DNA from: Lytechinus pictus
Lineage: Eukaryota
DNA: 64,000 nt
NCBI RefSeq assembly: GCF_037042905.1
Contig: NC_087250.1
Coordinates: forward strand, 21,330,001 to 21,394,000
Reading direction: 5' to 3'
Under the pieces are notes generated by a model that worked only from the letters and a program-made list of their open reading frames with translations, had not been told where the DNA came from and did no database searches. This document shows, piece by piece, positions 26,940-40,048 of this stretch (the first letter of the stretch is position 1; the number at the start of each line of letters is the position of its first letter). The position numbers and the translations under genes were made by a program.

Positions 26940-28146
26940 GGACCTTTCGCAATCCTCACGGACGCTAATATTAGGGTCCCCTAACACAAAAGTTAACGCT
27001 TAATCATACACTTGATTTTTAAGATTGAATGTGCATTATAGTCAATAGAATCAAACGTAGAAAACTGCTCTACAATCAATGCTAAACTTTGTGTTACAGG
27101 GGGGTTACAGGCCCTACAGATCTGCTTTTCGTGTGCAAAATCCTTTTCTGCGACACTCGCACCATACATAGCATGTATATTACGACTGATGGTTTGAGAT
27201 ATTCGAAATGAAGACCTAAAATAGATTATGACATGGATAAGAAAGTGTTTTTTCAAACAAATCGAGTACATATTGAATGAGGAAAAACTTACTGAATGAA
27301 GGCTTAGATATAGATCATTACAGTCCATCGAATCGATATTACATTTAATGTGGATTATTGGTGTATCACTGGCAATTGATTTCATGGGTCAGATCAACCT
27401 CTCCAGCCGAACATTTCGCGTGAGTTGATATGTGAACACCATTATGTAATACATTTGAACTCGTTTCTTTTTTTTTCTTTTGTTTCTTTTGTTTATTCCT
27501 TCTACACAAACGATATGCCTCTCGCACACGATGTAATGGGCATTATGTTTTACTTCCCCCAGAAATGGGGATTAGATTCAAATTCCGGGGGGACCACTTC
27601 TATTAATGAGTGGATACCAGGCACGACCATGGGGTTTCGAAAAATACCCTAAACAAGCTGGGAAGTAATTCTTTTCCAGATTATGAAAATGCATCTCTTA
27701 ACAAGAATTTGGCTTGTGAAACCCTACAAGTATTGGATATCCCTTTTTTGTCAGCATTTTAAACATCGTTTTGACACCCTTATAACGTTACATAGGCCTA
27801 TACGTAATGTACCTGCCCACTCTGTCCCCCCTTTACGCGTGGTCGCTCCTGGGATCCACTAATCAATGGAAGTGGGCCCCCCGGGCGGCCTCTCGAGCTC
27901 TAGGAGGAGTCAAATGTGGCTTTGGAAAGTCGTCCTCAATGAGATATATCGCTGTTACCATAGTAGCAACCAAAATTTTGCACACGAAACGCATATTGAA
28001 TGTTTCCGTCGCAGATGCGAAACGAAAAAAAAATCTCATGTCACACAATTTGCATTGCAGGACGACCATGATGACGGGCCCAAAAAGTCTCTTCCAAAAT
28101 CAACTAACGTCGTAAATAAGCGTGCGCGTCCTCAAACGAAAGGTCC
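26940..28146. mobile_element. Insertion with 10-bp TIR GGACCTTTCG splitting the Penelope ORF
   Basis: Inverted 10-mers sit at both breakpoints of the Penelope frame. Confidence 0.55.
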
Positions 28147-29105
28147 GGAGTGTTCTCGATAAAACGGCGTGGGTAGCCGTTGCTGTATGTGTGCTCTTTC
28201 TTTCGGGAGTTCAGGTGGGTTGGTTATAATACGTGCTGCTCTGTCGAACAGGCATTTAACAAGACCCTTCTTGACTGATTTGTCGTGATGCGAATCATAT
28301 GGTATGTATTGGTCTGTATGAGTGGGCTTGCGGTAGAAAGAGGTGGAGAGTTTCCCGCCCTCGTGTCTTTGGACTAGACAAGTGTGTCAAGGAATGCTAA
28401 TTTCCCTCCTTGCTCAGTCTCCAGAGTGAACTGGATGGACGGTTGGTGGCTATTCATGTAAACTATGCGAATTATGAAAGTGTCATCGACATATCTCTTC
28501 CACACCCGGGGGCGGCATGTGGAAGGACACTTGGGCAAGGCGTTCTGTTCAAAACCTTCCATATACAGGTTAGCCACAACCACTGAGACTGGGCTACCCA
28601 TTGCTTCTCCTTCTGTTTGCTCATAGAAAGAGCCTCTGTACAGAAAATATGTGGATCTGAGGACGAACTCCAGGAGTTCGGCTATTTGTTCAGGCATAAG
28701 TGTGGTACGTTCTGCTAATGTAGGGTTGGATTGCATGCGTTGCAGGGCCGTACTGCATGCGCCCTCTATCGGTACGTTGGTGAAGAGGGAGACTACATCA
28801 AAAGAGATCATGGATTCTTGTTTGTTAATTGTCTGCTCCGATGTGAATTCAGCGAATTCACTGGAGTTGGAAACCGTGTGTTCTGAGCAGTTAGTAGGAG
28901 GGGACAGGATGTCCGCCAGGTACTTTGATAGGTTATAGGCAAATGAGCCTATGCATGATACTATTGGTCTGAGAGGTATCTCGGGTTTGTGTATTTTGGG
29001 CAACCCGTATATTCTAGGTGGCTGTTCCTGTGTGGGCTTTATCTTTCTGTATGTAGCCTCATCTAGAACTTTGTCTTTCTTTAGTGCCAGTAACGTACTG
29101 GTCAG
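28147..29105 (-). mobile_element. Penelope-like element reverse transcriptase (disrupted)
   Basis: YGLPKIHKPEIPLRPIVS, SFDVVSLFTNVP, AMGSPVS, RYVDD and FLD, then frameshifted YRKPTHTDQY and NGYP. Confidence 0.9.
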
Positions 29106-29200
29106 CTGGCAGAACATGCTTGGGAAAAGCAACACCACCCAGATTGGGACGGTGTACATTGCGTTGCCAAAGAGAGACATTGGTATACACGCATGATTAA

Positions 29201-29803
29201 AGGTCAAGTCCACCTCAGAAAAATGTTGATAAGAATAAACAGAGAAAAATCAAACTAGCATAATGCTGAAAACCTCATCAAAATCGGATGTAAAATAAGA
29301 AAGTTATGGCATTTTAAAGTGTCGCTTATTTTTCCCAAAACAGTTCTATGCTCACCTCAGTGATATGCAAATGAGAGAGTTGATGATGTCACTCACTCAC
29401 TATTTCTTTTGTTTTTTATTGTTTGAATTATACAATATTTCATTTTTTTACGGATATGACAATTAGGACCATCTTGTTTGAACCACAAAATGTTAAAACA
29501 ATCAAATCCTACATGTTAAGGGGGGAATGAAACTTTGCTGACATGACATTGAGGGGAAAATTCAAATATTTCATATTTCATATAATAAAATACAAAAGAA
29601 ATAGTGAGTGGGTGATGTCATCGGTCCCCTCATTTGCATACTGACCAGGATGTGCATATAACTGTTTGGTGAAATTTAGCAAAACTTTAAAATGTCATAA
29701 CTTTCTTATTTCAGATCCGATTTTGATGAAACTTTCCGTGTTATTCTTGTTTGATTTTTCTCTTTCTATTCAAATCATCTTTTTGTTGGGGTGGACTTTT
29801 CCT
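29201..29803. mobile_element. TTAA-specific non-autonomous element (Kolobok-like)
   Basis: TTAA|AGGTCAAGTCCACC...GGTGGACTTTTCCT|TTAA with long imperfect internal symmetry. Related fragments lie at about 50.6-51.05 kb and 52.4-52.9 kb. Confidence 0.8.
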
Positions 29804-30281
29804 TTAAGGAGGCTATTAGTATACGTCTTTGTCCTAACAACTTCAACAGAGACAGCGGGATCGCATCCCCGATTTCTGGATGCGAACCATCCGACAACAC
29901 AATATTCCCTTACCAGGCAGTGCACGCCGACCCGATCGTTCCCGGCCCCGAGTGAGGGACCGCTCAGCTAGTCAACCCCACCCACGGGAAACTAGCAAGC
30001 CCGCCAATTTTGTCTTATTTGCACATTGCCGACTCGCGGCGTATATGCATATACCTCCGGCTTATTTGCATATACGCCCGACCAATCACATAACGGATCA
30101 GTGCCCACCTATTGTTCCCGCGTTCGTGCGTACGGTCCTGGGGGTTGGTATAAATAGACTACGTTGTCAGACAACTGATATAGATTGAACATAGATTGAA
30201 GGGAAAGCAAATTTACAAGGCAACAATAGTCAAAACTGACTAGTTTGCCTATTTAAAATAACAACAACAACAACAACAACA

Positions 30282-30466
30282 ACTGGGCGTTGAGGCGTGC
30301 GCCTGTAATCCAAGCTTTGTGGGGAAGTTACAAATTGATGCAGAGGTTCGAGGTTCGAGCCCCGGTCACGTCTTTCGGATGGTGACGTTAAAGGTCGGTC
30401 CCAGACGTAAACAATCATATCTGATTGATCCACGTCTGACAAAACTCAAATACACACACACACACA
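30282..30466 (+). mobile_element. SINE with 7SL-like head, copy 2
   Basis: About 95% identical to 7211-7393 in unrelated flanks, with B-box GGTTCGAGCC, directly after an (AAC)n tract. Confidence 0.7.
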
Positions 30467-30999
30467 ATTTTCGTCACTTGATAATGAGTTGCAGCGGCAC
30501 TCAAAAGCTCGTGAACTTGGGTGTACGAGTTTGTGCGAGTTGTGGCGAGTCGATTTTTTTGGGCTACTCGCGGTAACTCTTCATTCAACTCTTGATAACT
30601 CTCCGTTACTCGCAGCAACTCGGCACAGCTCTTTACAACTCTTGGCAGCTCGACGCAACTCGAGTGATGTCGCAGTAAGCTCGTGCAATTTTTAAAAATT
30701 TCAAAATTTTGTCAAGCTCTCGAGAACTCTTGAAAGACTCGATCAAACTATGAACAACTCGAAGTAGACTCGCTAAACTCGTGAGAAACTCTTCGTAAAC
30801 TCTTGGCAACTCGTGAAAAATCGAAGAAATTTGCATAAATTACCATAAATTTCCATACACGAGTTCCCGCGATTCTAGTACGACCAGCTGCGAGTTCTGC
30901 ACGAGCTTGCCGAGTCACTTGGGAGCTTAACCACGAGGTTTGCAAGAGTATAGCGAGTTATGAAGAGTGTGGATAATTTTGGTTTCTATCAAGTGGTTC

Positions 31000-31480
31000 C
31001 TGAACATCTTGTGTGAGGTCAAAGGTCATTTAGGGTCAACGAACTTTGATAATGTTGGGTGTCTTTGTAGAATTTTCATCAAAACTTTAAAAGTTTATGA
31101 AGCTAGTTCATGAAACTTGGACATAAGATCAACATTGTATCCTTTAATATCCTGTGCCCGTTTCAGGTCACATGACCAAGATCAAATGTCATTTAAGGTC
31201 AAAGAACTGTGCCCGTGTTGGGGTGATTTCTCTGATTGGCATCATAAATTGGAAAGTTAATGGATCTAGTTCATGAAACATCTAGACATAAGGGTATTCA
31301 AGTATGAATGATTGCTTTGCACACGTCTTAGGTCATATGATCATGGTCATTTTGGGTCAATGAATATAGTATTTTATCATCATGTTTTTTTGTGAATATT
31401 TATTAAATAATTAAAATGCTTTCAAAGTCAACACTGTTGCTAAATCGAATCGCGTAATGCAGGCAAGACTGCCAGAGGCG
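31000..31480 (+). mobile_element. Same Helentron-type family, 3' part (diverged)
   Basis: Repeat units, then GAATCGCGTAATGCAGGCAAGACTGCCAGAGGC matching the end at 4385-4418. Confidence 0.65.
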
Positions 31481-33172
31481 AATATGTTGTTGTTTTTTAG
31501 CTGAAGAAAGTTTGAAATTATTTCCAACCTTATTCAAATGGCTGTACTTCCTCATAATTGTTTTATTGTTTGAATATTGCACTTATCAAAATCTTTACCA
31601 TAGTGTTTTACAACAATAAAAAAGTGAAAGGAAAATTATTCATATAAATATGCAAATTATTTGAAAGGAAATCTTGCAATCCATATATTGTTCAAGAAGG
31701 AATTTCCATGTGAGGGTTTCAACTCGAGATCTTTAAGTATAAAATAAAAGTGTAAATAACAACTCAACTATGTTGAATATCATGACATTGGTTTTAATTT
31801 CAAGTATATCATTCATCATATAGCAAACGGCAGTTCATCTTTTTGTATTACCTTTGACTGTATTGTTCTTTACATGATTCTGGATGCAATTATTTACCTC
31901 AACAATGGCCTTGGTTTCAATTATTAATTGCTGCAAACTTAGAAACAGATTTATCAAGCTTTAAAATAAAAGAGCACACGTTTTTATTCAAATGAATTGA
32001 CCAATATAAAAAAGTAACATTTACTTTTTTTTCTGTGGTACAAAAATAACAAATTTTACTTGAGGATAAACATGTGAGGATAAGCATGATAAAGTAGTTT
32101 TTAAAAGTCTTTGAGAAAGAAAATCTCACAATTCACAAGATTCTGCAGGGCGATGAATTCAGCTACGAGAGTATTTGGATCAATCTTGCTCACTAGTCCA
32201 GGATAGGCCCCATAGCAAATGGACTAAACCTTGTTTTTTCATAAATACAATATTTTTATGATGGTTTCTTGTCAATTCGAGGGTGCTGATTATGAATCTG
32301 AAAGATGCCACTCGTGTAACCTTTATCATTTTCCGCACATAGGCCTATGGCCGCCAAAATATACAAATAACCCATGACAATCATAAAATTGCCAGCACAA
32401 TGGTCCCCTATAGGCCCTAACAGAATTATCTACAATGTAAATGGAGAACAGATAATTTTGTAAAAAAATTGGATTTGCTTGTCTATGAAATCCACATAAT
32501 TTTGTTCTATGAATAAAGTGTTGTTCGAAAACATGATTTGTGTGAAATATAGCATTTCTTTTGCCATATCAGGTAAAAAAATCACCACGAATCACCAATA
32601 TAGGTGACGAATACTGCATTTTGACATTCAAAATAGCCACTACAAACCCTTACTGAATTATGTAACATGCTGTAGGGAAACTGATTTTCACAAGAATGAG
32701 CAGAACCATAAAATGCATATAACTGTGATGTATAAGTAAAACATTGTCTTAAACACGATTTATAACTAAATACATCGCATATGGGCAAAGGGCGACCATT
32801 TTAAAATTTGATTTATCACCTAAAGATATATTTCATTAGAAATCATGTTTTCAGACAGTATTTACTCATACAACACCATCTACTCAAGAAACGGCAAATT
32901 CTGTTGGAATTATTTGTCCCTTTCAATACCGGTAGGGCCTGTAGCGGCCATTTTGACTTTCAAAATACAGTACTTATCACCAACCTAGCAGAGGAAAGGC
33001 AATCTTGTGATTTTCATGGGTAATTTGCATATTTTGGCGGCCATATTGGATTTTTCAAATTTGCGGAAAATGCTCAAAGTTACACGAGTGGCATCATTCA
33101 GATTTCTAATCAGCACCCTCAAATTGATAAGAAACTATAAAAAAATATTGTATAAAAACAAATATATATATA

Positions 33173-35187
33173 CGCAACAAAAAAAGTAAGTCCCCCCTTA
33201 AACAAACATCAATAATTTCCGAACCAATGCGAGTTTTTAATATATTTTTACATGAGCGTGTAGGTAATTTTACAAGCTACCCTCTGAGTAAACGTTATGG
33301 ACGTATTTCACTTTATGCTTCAGTGAGCACCGTCAGAAGGCAAAAATGTCACTTTTCAAAAGTCACAAGTCAAATATCATGACTTTGATTCCATTTTATT
33401 GGAACTAATTCCACATTCTCATCATAAAAAATAGTCAGAAGGCTTGTAAAAGGTACTCTCTAAAAGACGATACAACTTTTTTGGCTAAATTTCACGGTTG
33501 AATAAACACAAGTCCAAATTTGCTATAATTGGATTTTTTACACATTTATATCAATAAAATATGATAGAATATGATGACAGTTATTTTTGGAAGAGTTTCT
33601 TCAACATTATTCATCGTTTCACGGTTCAATGAACATTTATGGAAAACAAAAAATACGATTTTCAAATATCATAGGCAAGTATTGGTTCATTTTGGGAACT
33701 GAAAATTATCTTTTCTCAACTTTTTCGTTATGTTCATGACCAATTAACATGCTTCAATGATTCAAAGGCGTTTAATTAAATATCCACGCTTGAATAAACA
33801 TGTGGAATGCGATTAGCTCTTTTTTACGTTATTGGAAAAAATGCAATTTGTTACTTTGGATATCTGTCACAAACCTCCTTGCATAGTTCATTTGATTTGA
33901 TTTTTATGAAAATCCCGATGTTTAATGCATCAGTGAGCACACAATATTTGAAAATTATGCAAATGAGAAGAAAGTTCAAGGCCTTGGCCCCACTCTGTGT
34001 CGTATCGAATGGTTATTTTGGTGTGCGCGCCTTTTGGATAGTATTACTCTGAAGCCATGTACGAAGTTTCATGAAATTACTACTCTCATAGACTTGTGTA
34101 CATTATGGGTGCACATGTTTAAGAATAAGTAACCCCTTATTCAATATGGTGGAACTTTTTTTCACGGCTGTCTTTAGCAATGTCACTTGGCAGTAATGTC
34201 TATCAACCTATGGGCATAATTCTGTGCAAAAATGAAATCGATTTGGTTATTTATGGATGAGTGAGCACGCATCAAAGTGGGAAAATTTGTATTTTCAATG
34301 TCACAGACTCATTTTAAAGGGTAATAAAGTGAATATTGGGGGCAAATTCGGTTTCAAATAAGACTTAAATTGCTATTGTTTTATCATCCATCATTTCTAT
34401 CACCACACACTTTCCGAACTTTAAACATTTTCATGGTTGAGCGAGCACATTCGAAAACTTAGGAATGAATACTCTTTATACTGCATAAATGTATTATTTT
34501 CCTAACAATTTCTCATGATCAGTTTAATTTATGGACAAATCAGTGGTGGGTCCAGAATTTAAAAATGGGGGAGGGGCCTATAATCGGGGTAGCCACCAAC
34601 ATTTTCAAATTTTAACATGATCTAACAAGTTGTAGAGGATACTACCATAAACCCCTATGATGATACGTCACAATACAGGGGCCGGGGAAGGGTTTTCAAA
34701 GTGGGGGGGGGGGGCTGACCATGCAAAAAAATCACAATCGTATGGTCATTTTTAAATTTTTGTACATGCTTTTGGAAAAAAGTGGGGGGACTGAAGCTCT
34801 CCGCCCAGCCCCCCCCCCCCCCTCGCTTCCGCGGCCCCTGCAATACATTGTGCTCACTCAACCATGAACATATGATATCAAAATTGTGTGTGGAGTGGCC
34901 AAATGATGGATATTAAAACAGCATAACACCATAAAATTCACCTAAAGACAACATTTGCCCAACTTTGTATTTGCACAATCTGAAAAATGACTCTTGTGAC
35001 TTTCAAAAATTGTCATTTTTAATTCAATCTTTAATTACTCATGCATGACTCAACCGATCAATCTTATATTTCCACAGGAGTTGCTTAATGAGTGTAGAAA
35101 ACCACCTACGGCATATCCTATCTCAAAATAATTCCGTTCAAAAGTTACAGCAATTTGATTTAGGGGGGACTTACTTTTTTTGTTGTG
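33173..35187. mobile_element. Non-autonomous Tc1/mariner-type element (~2 kb)
   Basis: TIRs CGCAACAAAAAAAGTAAGTCCCCCC and GGGGGGACTTACTTTTTTTGTTGTG, with TA on both sides. Confidence 0.8.
34676..34840. mobile_element. 165-bp MITE, CAGGGGCC...GGCCCCTG, 5-bp TSD CAATA
   Basis: TIR and TSD are both visible, and the insert is absent from the paralogous copy at about 17450. Confidence 0.8.
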
Positions 35188-36291
35188 TATATATGAAAAA
35201 GGGTTATGCCTATTCTAGCATGGACTAGGAGGTCCATCTGGTCATCCATCTTGAAAAAAGCAGAATGCACGAAAACTCCCACCTATCAAAGGCTGAATTA
35301 CTCGTATGAAGATCTTAAAAGACTCTCAGTAAACTCTGCCAAACTCGAGAAAAGATCGCAATCACTCGAGCAGTATACTCGGTACTACTCGTTGATAACT
35401 CTTCTTGACTCGTACTGCGCTCTGGTTAATCTGTCAAACTTTCCTGAAAATGTACCATTTTCCCCCCGAGCTTCCGCGAGTTGGAACTCGCGGAAGCTCG
35501 CAGAGACTCTTACACACAACTCGGCTCTGTGTGCTAGTGAACACTTTTTGCGAGAGTGATCACGAATTTCCTTGTTGACCATAGTAGATTGCGAGACAAA
35601 TGAATACCCTCTAGCGATTATGAAATGAACTGTCAAATATTGGTTTTGCCCTTCTGAACATGCTCAAGGCCATGATTTAATGAGCCTGGTTAGATAATTG
35701 AGATGTTCAAAGGGGGTTGATATGCTAGAAAGTACAGAACACACATCAGTGCTGCATGCATGCAAACTGGGAATGGGCTGAAAACACAACTGTTACGTAA
35801 TAGACTGTGTATTCAAAACCACTGAAGAGAGACCATTTATTTTTCATAGAAGTTAAAACATGATATGAGCTTCTAGTTCCATACATTTCATTGAGAATAA
35901 TTTCATTTTTTGAACTAATTAAGCCGAATATCGTAGGGACATTGTTTTGGGGACGCGCGGAAGAGCGTGCATTTTAAACATGCAGCCCCCCCCCCCCAAA
36001 AAAAAAGGGGGATTATAAGGGGTAATAAATGACAACAAATATTGATCTACGCCCCTGTTCTGTTCATTATTTGCATAATGCTAATCAGGTTCACACACCT
36101 ACATTGGTTTATGACATTAATTTTTTAATCATAAAATTGAACAAATATATTCATTCAACATGATACCCTTGAATATAGCAAACGATACATCTGTTTTCAA
36201 TGGGGGAGCCGGGTCGGGAAGTTCATGATACATATTGATGCAATATTCTCATTTCAATGTAAAAAAAATAGAAGGTCTAGATAAAACCAAC

Positions 36292-36597
36292 CTGGAGTAT
36301 TCAATGTCTCTTTGAGATAAGTTTCAGCAAGCATGACAAGCTTGGCATCAATAAGAGCTTGTTTCAGGCTAGGGTGCTGATTGAATGGTTCCACGGTCTG
36401 TCTCCAGTCAAACAGCATGTCACATGTTCCCTTGCACGTGACCTGGTTTCCCTTGTTATTGGTCGATGTGTATCTATTGATGGCTGCTTGCTCGAATTCG
36501 AGGGTTCGTGCCAATGCCTCCATCTGGTCATCTGTCTCGATGTTTTCAGCTAGCTTACAGAGAAGATTATCGGTAATACCCCCGTGAGTCGCCATGC
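36292..36597 (-). CDS. NLR gene, Death-domain exon copy 2 (306 bp, phase 1-1)
   Basis: About 96% identical to copy 1 with the same splice sites. Its phase-1 end joins the NACHT exon in frame (G+AT = Asp). Confidence 0.85.
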
Positions 36598-37627
36598 CTA
36601 TCGTGCGATAAATACAATTAGATTTGATCTTTTAAACATATATTTCTATACTTACATGTATAACCTTTTTTTTCCATGGAGAAATATAATTTGCTTCTGG
36701 TAAAAAAAAAAAAAAAAATGGGGCCTCATTTTAATTTGGATGCACGCCCCCGTCTATTTTTCCTGACAAAAAATACAAAAGAAAAATAAATGCATTATAA
36801 AATCTATTAATTCCCTGAGCCATTTAATCACTAATGAATATTCAAACTTCAAATGTTTTACGATCGACAATATTATTTGGGATATACATGCAAAGGTAGG
36901 ATCAAACATTACTGTTTGTCCGTTTCAACCCACAATCACGAAAGGGGGCGTTTTCTCTTTAACTTTAGTATATATATATTTTAGTATAATTATATATATA
37001 TATTATATATTTCAGTATTATATACAATGAGAAAGAGGACCAAAGAAATCACAAGAGTGAGCACTAAAATGCATATATAAGTTATGTGATAAAGTAATGA
37101 GATACTGTTTAAAAAACATGCTTTTTAACGAAATATATCATTCAGGTTTCAAATTTGAGTTAAATACTGTATTTTTAGAACTTAAAACATGATATGAGCT
37201 TCTAGTTCCATACATTTCATTGAGAATAATTTTATTTTTTGAACTAATTAAGCCGAATATCGTAGGGACATTGTTTTGGGGACGCGCGGAAGAGCGTGCA
37301 TTTTAAAAATGCAGCCCCCCCCCCCCCCCCCCGCAAAAAAAGGGGGGTTATAAGGGGTAATAAATGACAACAAATATTGATCTACGCCCCTGTTTTGTTC
37401 ATTAGTTGCATGATGCTAATCAGGTTCACACACCTACATTGGTTTATGACATTAATTTTCAAATCATAAAATTGAACAAATATATTCATTCAACATGATT
37501 CCCTTGAATATAGCAAACGATACATCTGTTTTCAATGGGGGAGCCGGGTCGGGAATATCATGATACATATTGATGCAATATTCTCATTTCAATGTGAAAA
37601 AAAATAGAAGGTCTAGATAAAACCAAC

Positions 37628-37933
37628 CTGGAGTATTCAATGTCTCTTTGAGATAAGTTTCAGCAAGCATGACAAGCTTGGCATCAATAAGAGCTTGTTT
37701 CAGGCTAGGGTGCTGATTGGATGGTTCCACGGTCTGTCTCCAGTCAAACAGCATGTCACGTGTTCCCTTGCACGTGACCTGGTTTCCCTTGTTATTGGTC
37801 GATGTGTATCTATTGATGGCTGCTTTTTCGAATCCGAGTGTCCGTGCCAATGCATCCATCTGTTCATCTGTCTCGATGTTTTCAGCAAGCTTACAGAGAA
37901 GATCATCGGTAATACTACCGTGAGTCGCCATGC
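37628..37933 (-). CDS. NLR gene, Death-domain exon copy 1 (306 bp, phase 1-1)
   Basis: Translates to MATHGSITDDLLCKLAENIE...ALARTLGF...MLFDWRQ...LKQALIDAKLVMLAE, a Death-fold pattern. Acceptor gatag|GC ATG and donor CCA G|gttggt. Confidence 0.85.
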
Positions 37934-38450
37934 CTATCGTGCGATGAATAAGATTAGATTGATCTTTTAAACATAGATTTATAGACTTACATGTATAACA
38001 TTTTTTTCCTTGAGAAATACAATTTGCTTCTGGTTAACCAAAAATAAAATAAAAACGGGGCATCGTGTTTATTTGGATCCACATCCCCGTCTATTTTCCT
38101 GACAAAAAGAATCAAAAGAAAAATAAATGCATTATAAATCTATTAGTTCCCTGAGTCATTTAATCACTCATGAATATTCACACTTCAGATGTTTTATGAT
38201 CGACAATTTGGGTTATAAATGCAAAGGTATGATCAAACATTACTGTTTGTCCGTTTCAACCCACAATAGTGAAAGGGGGCGTTTTCTCTTTAAACATACA
38301 TCTCAATATTCCGAGGTATGGGAAAATGTGACACATGCAGGAAACAAATAGAAATAAAAATAAGCGGTAATAAATGGAAACAAATAATAATCTATATCCA
38401 AGGTTAATCTTCATTGTACCTTATCAGGTATACACCCTAAAAGTTGTTAA

Positions 38451-38829
38451 AGTGCTTGGTTAACATTGGTTTGGCTTAAAAAAAATCTGAGCTAGAAGGT
38501 CACACTTGTCACCTGTTTCTGTGATATGTTACAAAAATGAAGCCAAGAAAAAATTGCGTTCGAAAATAATTATTAAGTGCTTCAAAAATTGAAATATAAA
38601 GTGACCGAAAACACCATCTTAATTTCATCCAATACACTTATGTGTACTATTTAGGCGTCTATTAGACGCCTATTTACAAAATCGGGGTTTGCCTTGTAGT
38701 TTTAGCTTTTCATTCTCAATAATGGTTGTTTTCAGGGTTTATTAGTTCAAATACATGCACTTGTACACATGTTTCATCTTGGTTTGAGAATTTTTTTAAA
38801 TCGGCTGCTCACAAAGTTAAACAATACCT
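38451..38829. mobile_element. Second TTAA-flanked element (Kolobok-like, diverged)
   Basis: TTAA|AG...CT|TTAA with imperfect TIRs. Confidence 0.45.
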
Positions 38830-39805
38830 TTAATGGCATTCGTTTTATAAATCATAAAAGTATTATATGCGCAAACTACCGATCGAATGTGACATCCTTG
38901 ATCAAACCCATTTTTATGGATGAAGAAGGTCAGGCAGTTCATCCAATTATCAGAAACGAATATCGGGCATGGAACCGGGGGGTCGCCTAGGGGCCTTAAC
39001 CTCTTTCCCATAGAATAAAGTGGTAAAATTGCAAAAAAATAAAAATTACGTTCCTGGTTGATCTATATATTATATTTTATATATAAATTAACAGGAACGA
39101 ATACATAGGTTTTCAAGGGGGATTTGACATGAAGGACCATGACAGGCGAGCCGCGAATCGGTGAGCTGATTTTTTGTTTGTTTATTATTATTAATTACTG
39201 TTATTATCTATTCCGATTTTTTATGGTTGGGGTCGTTGCTTTTGTGATGTTTTCCAGGCATCTTTCAAACGAAATGAAGACCGTAAAAGATGGATCATGA
39301 TTAGTTCTTTTCAGATCAAGTAACAATTAATTCACAGTTATATCCATAGCTATCGTGCGTTTGGTTTATATTAAGTTAATAAGTTACCAGAAAAAAATGC
39401 ACCTCTAAATACTAAATACTCTGTCATAAATATTTATCAAGCTACATAGTTTTGTGAAACTGTTCCTGGTAAAATGATTGCATGAACATAAACACTTTTA
39501 TTTTTATATCTTTATTAGCTAAAGATTCAATATACCGAGCTGCAAAAGTGATTGTTTGCAATGATTCTTGAATAAAATACATGTCTCACTTGTCAAATAT
39601 TACGAAGCGCAAGCTGAAAACCTTTTAATTTCTCGACCTAAACATTTGATATTTCAAGAACATTATGTAACCGTGAATAGGATAAATATCTATCTATCTA
39701 TCTATGATTTACCAAAAAAATATATTAAAATTATTCTCTTCTCAAAACCTTTGTTATTCAATATGTGTACATTCGGGGGCTTTTTGACAATTTTTGCAGA
39801 ATGGG

Positions 39806-40048
39806 GGCCATTTTTACCTCTGCATTGTTGCCTCTGCATTATTTACGTCTGCCTTTTTTTTATCCTATGCCATTTTTACCTCTGCCATTTTTACCTTTGC
39901 CATTATCACCTCTGCCATTTTCCCTCTGCATTAATACCTATGTCATTTTTACCTCTGCCATTTACCTCTGCCATGTTTACCTCTGCCATTTTTTTTCTCA
40001 GCAATTTTTTTTTTTACCTCTAACATTTTTTGCACCGAGCAGGTGAAC
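39806..40048. repeat. 15-bp minisatellite (CCATTTTTACCTCTG)n
   Basis: About 13 imperfect units ending ...GGTGAACC. Confidence 0.85.

Larger units (their letters stand above)
32194..35227. mobile_element. TIR element with TAGTCC/GGACTA ends (Academ-like), right TIR split by the Tc1-type element
   Basis: 32225-32337 is the reverse complement of 33062-33153 plus 35192 onward. No TSD seen. Confidence 0.55.
35847..38293. repeat. Tandem duplication of a ~1.1-kb unit carrying the Death exon (35847-36962 and 37176-38293)
   Basis: Near-identical intron and exon sequence with a period of about 1330 bp. Confidence 0.95.

Noticed and set aside
30470..30970. Overlapping ORFs in CTCG/CGAG-rich DNA (also 35270-35620)
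   Set aside because: Low-complexity, repeat-like sequence with no recognisable protein or defined termini.
39568..40046. CHFYL and LPLPF repeat ORFs
   Set aside because: Translations of a 15-bp minisatellite.
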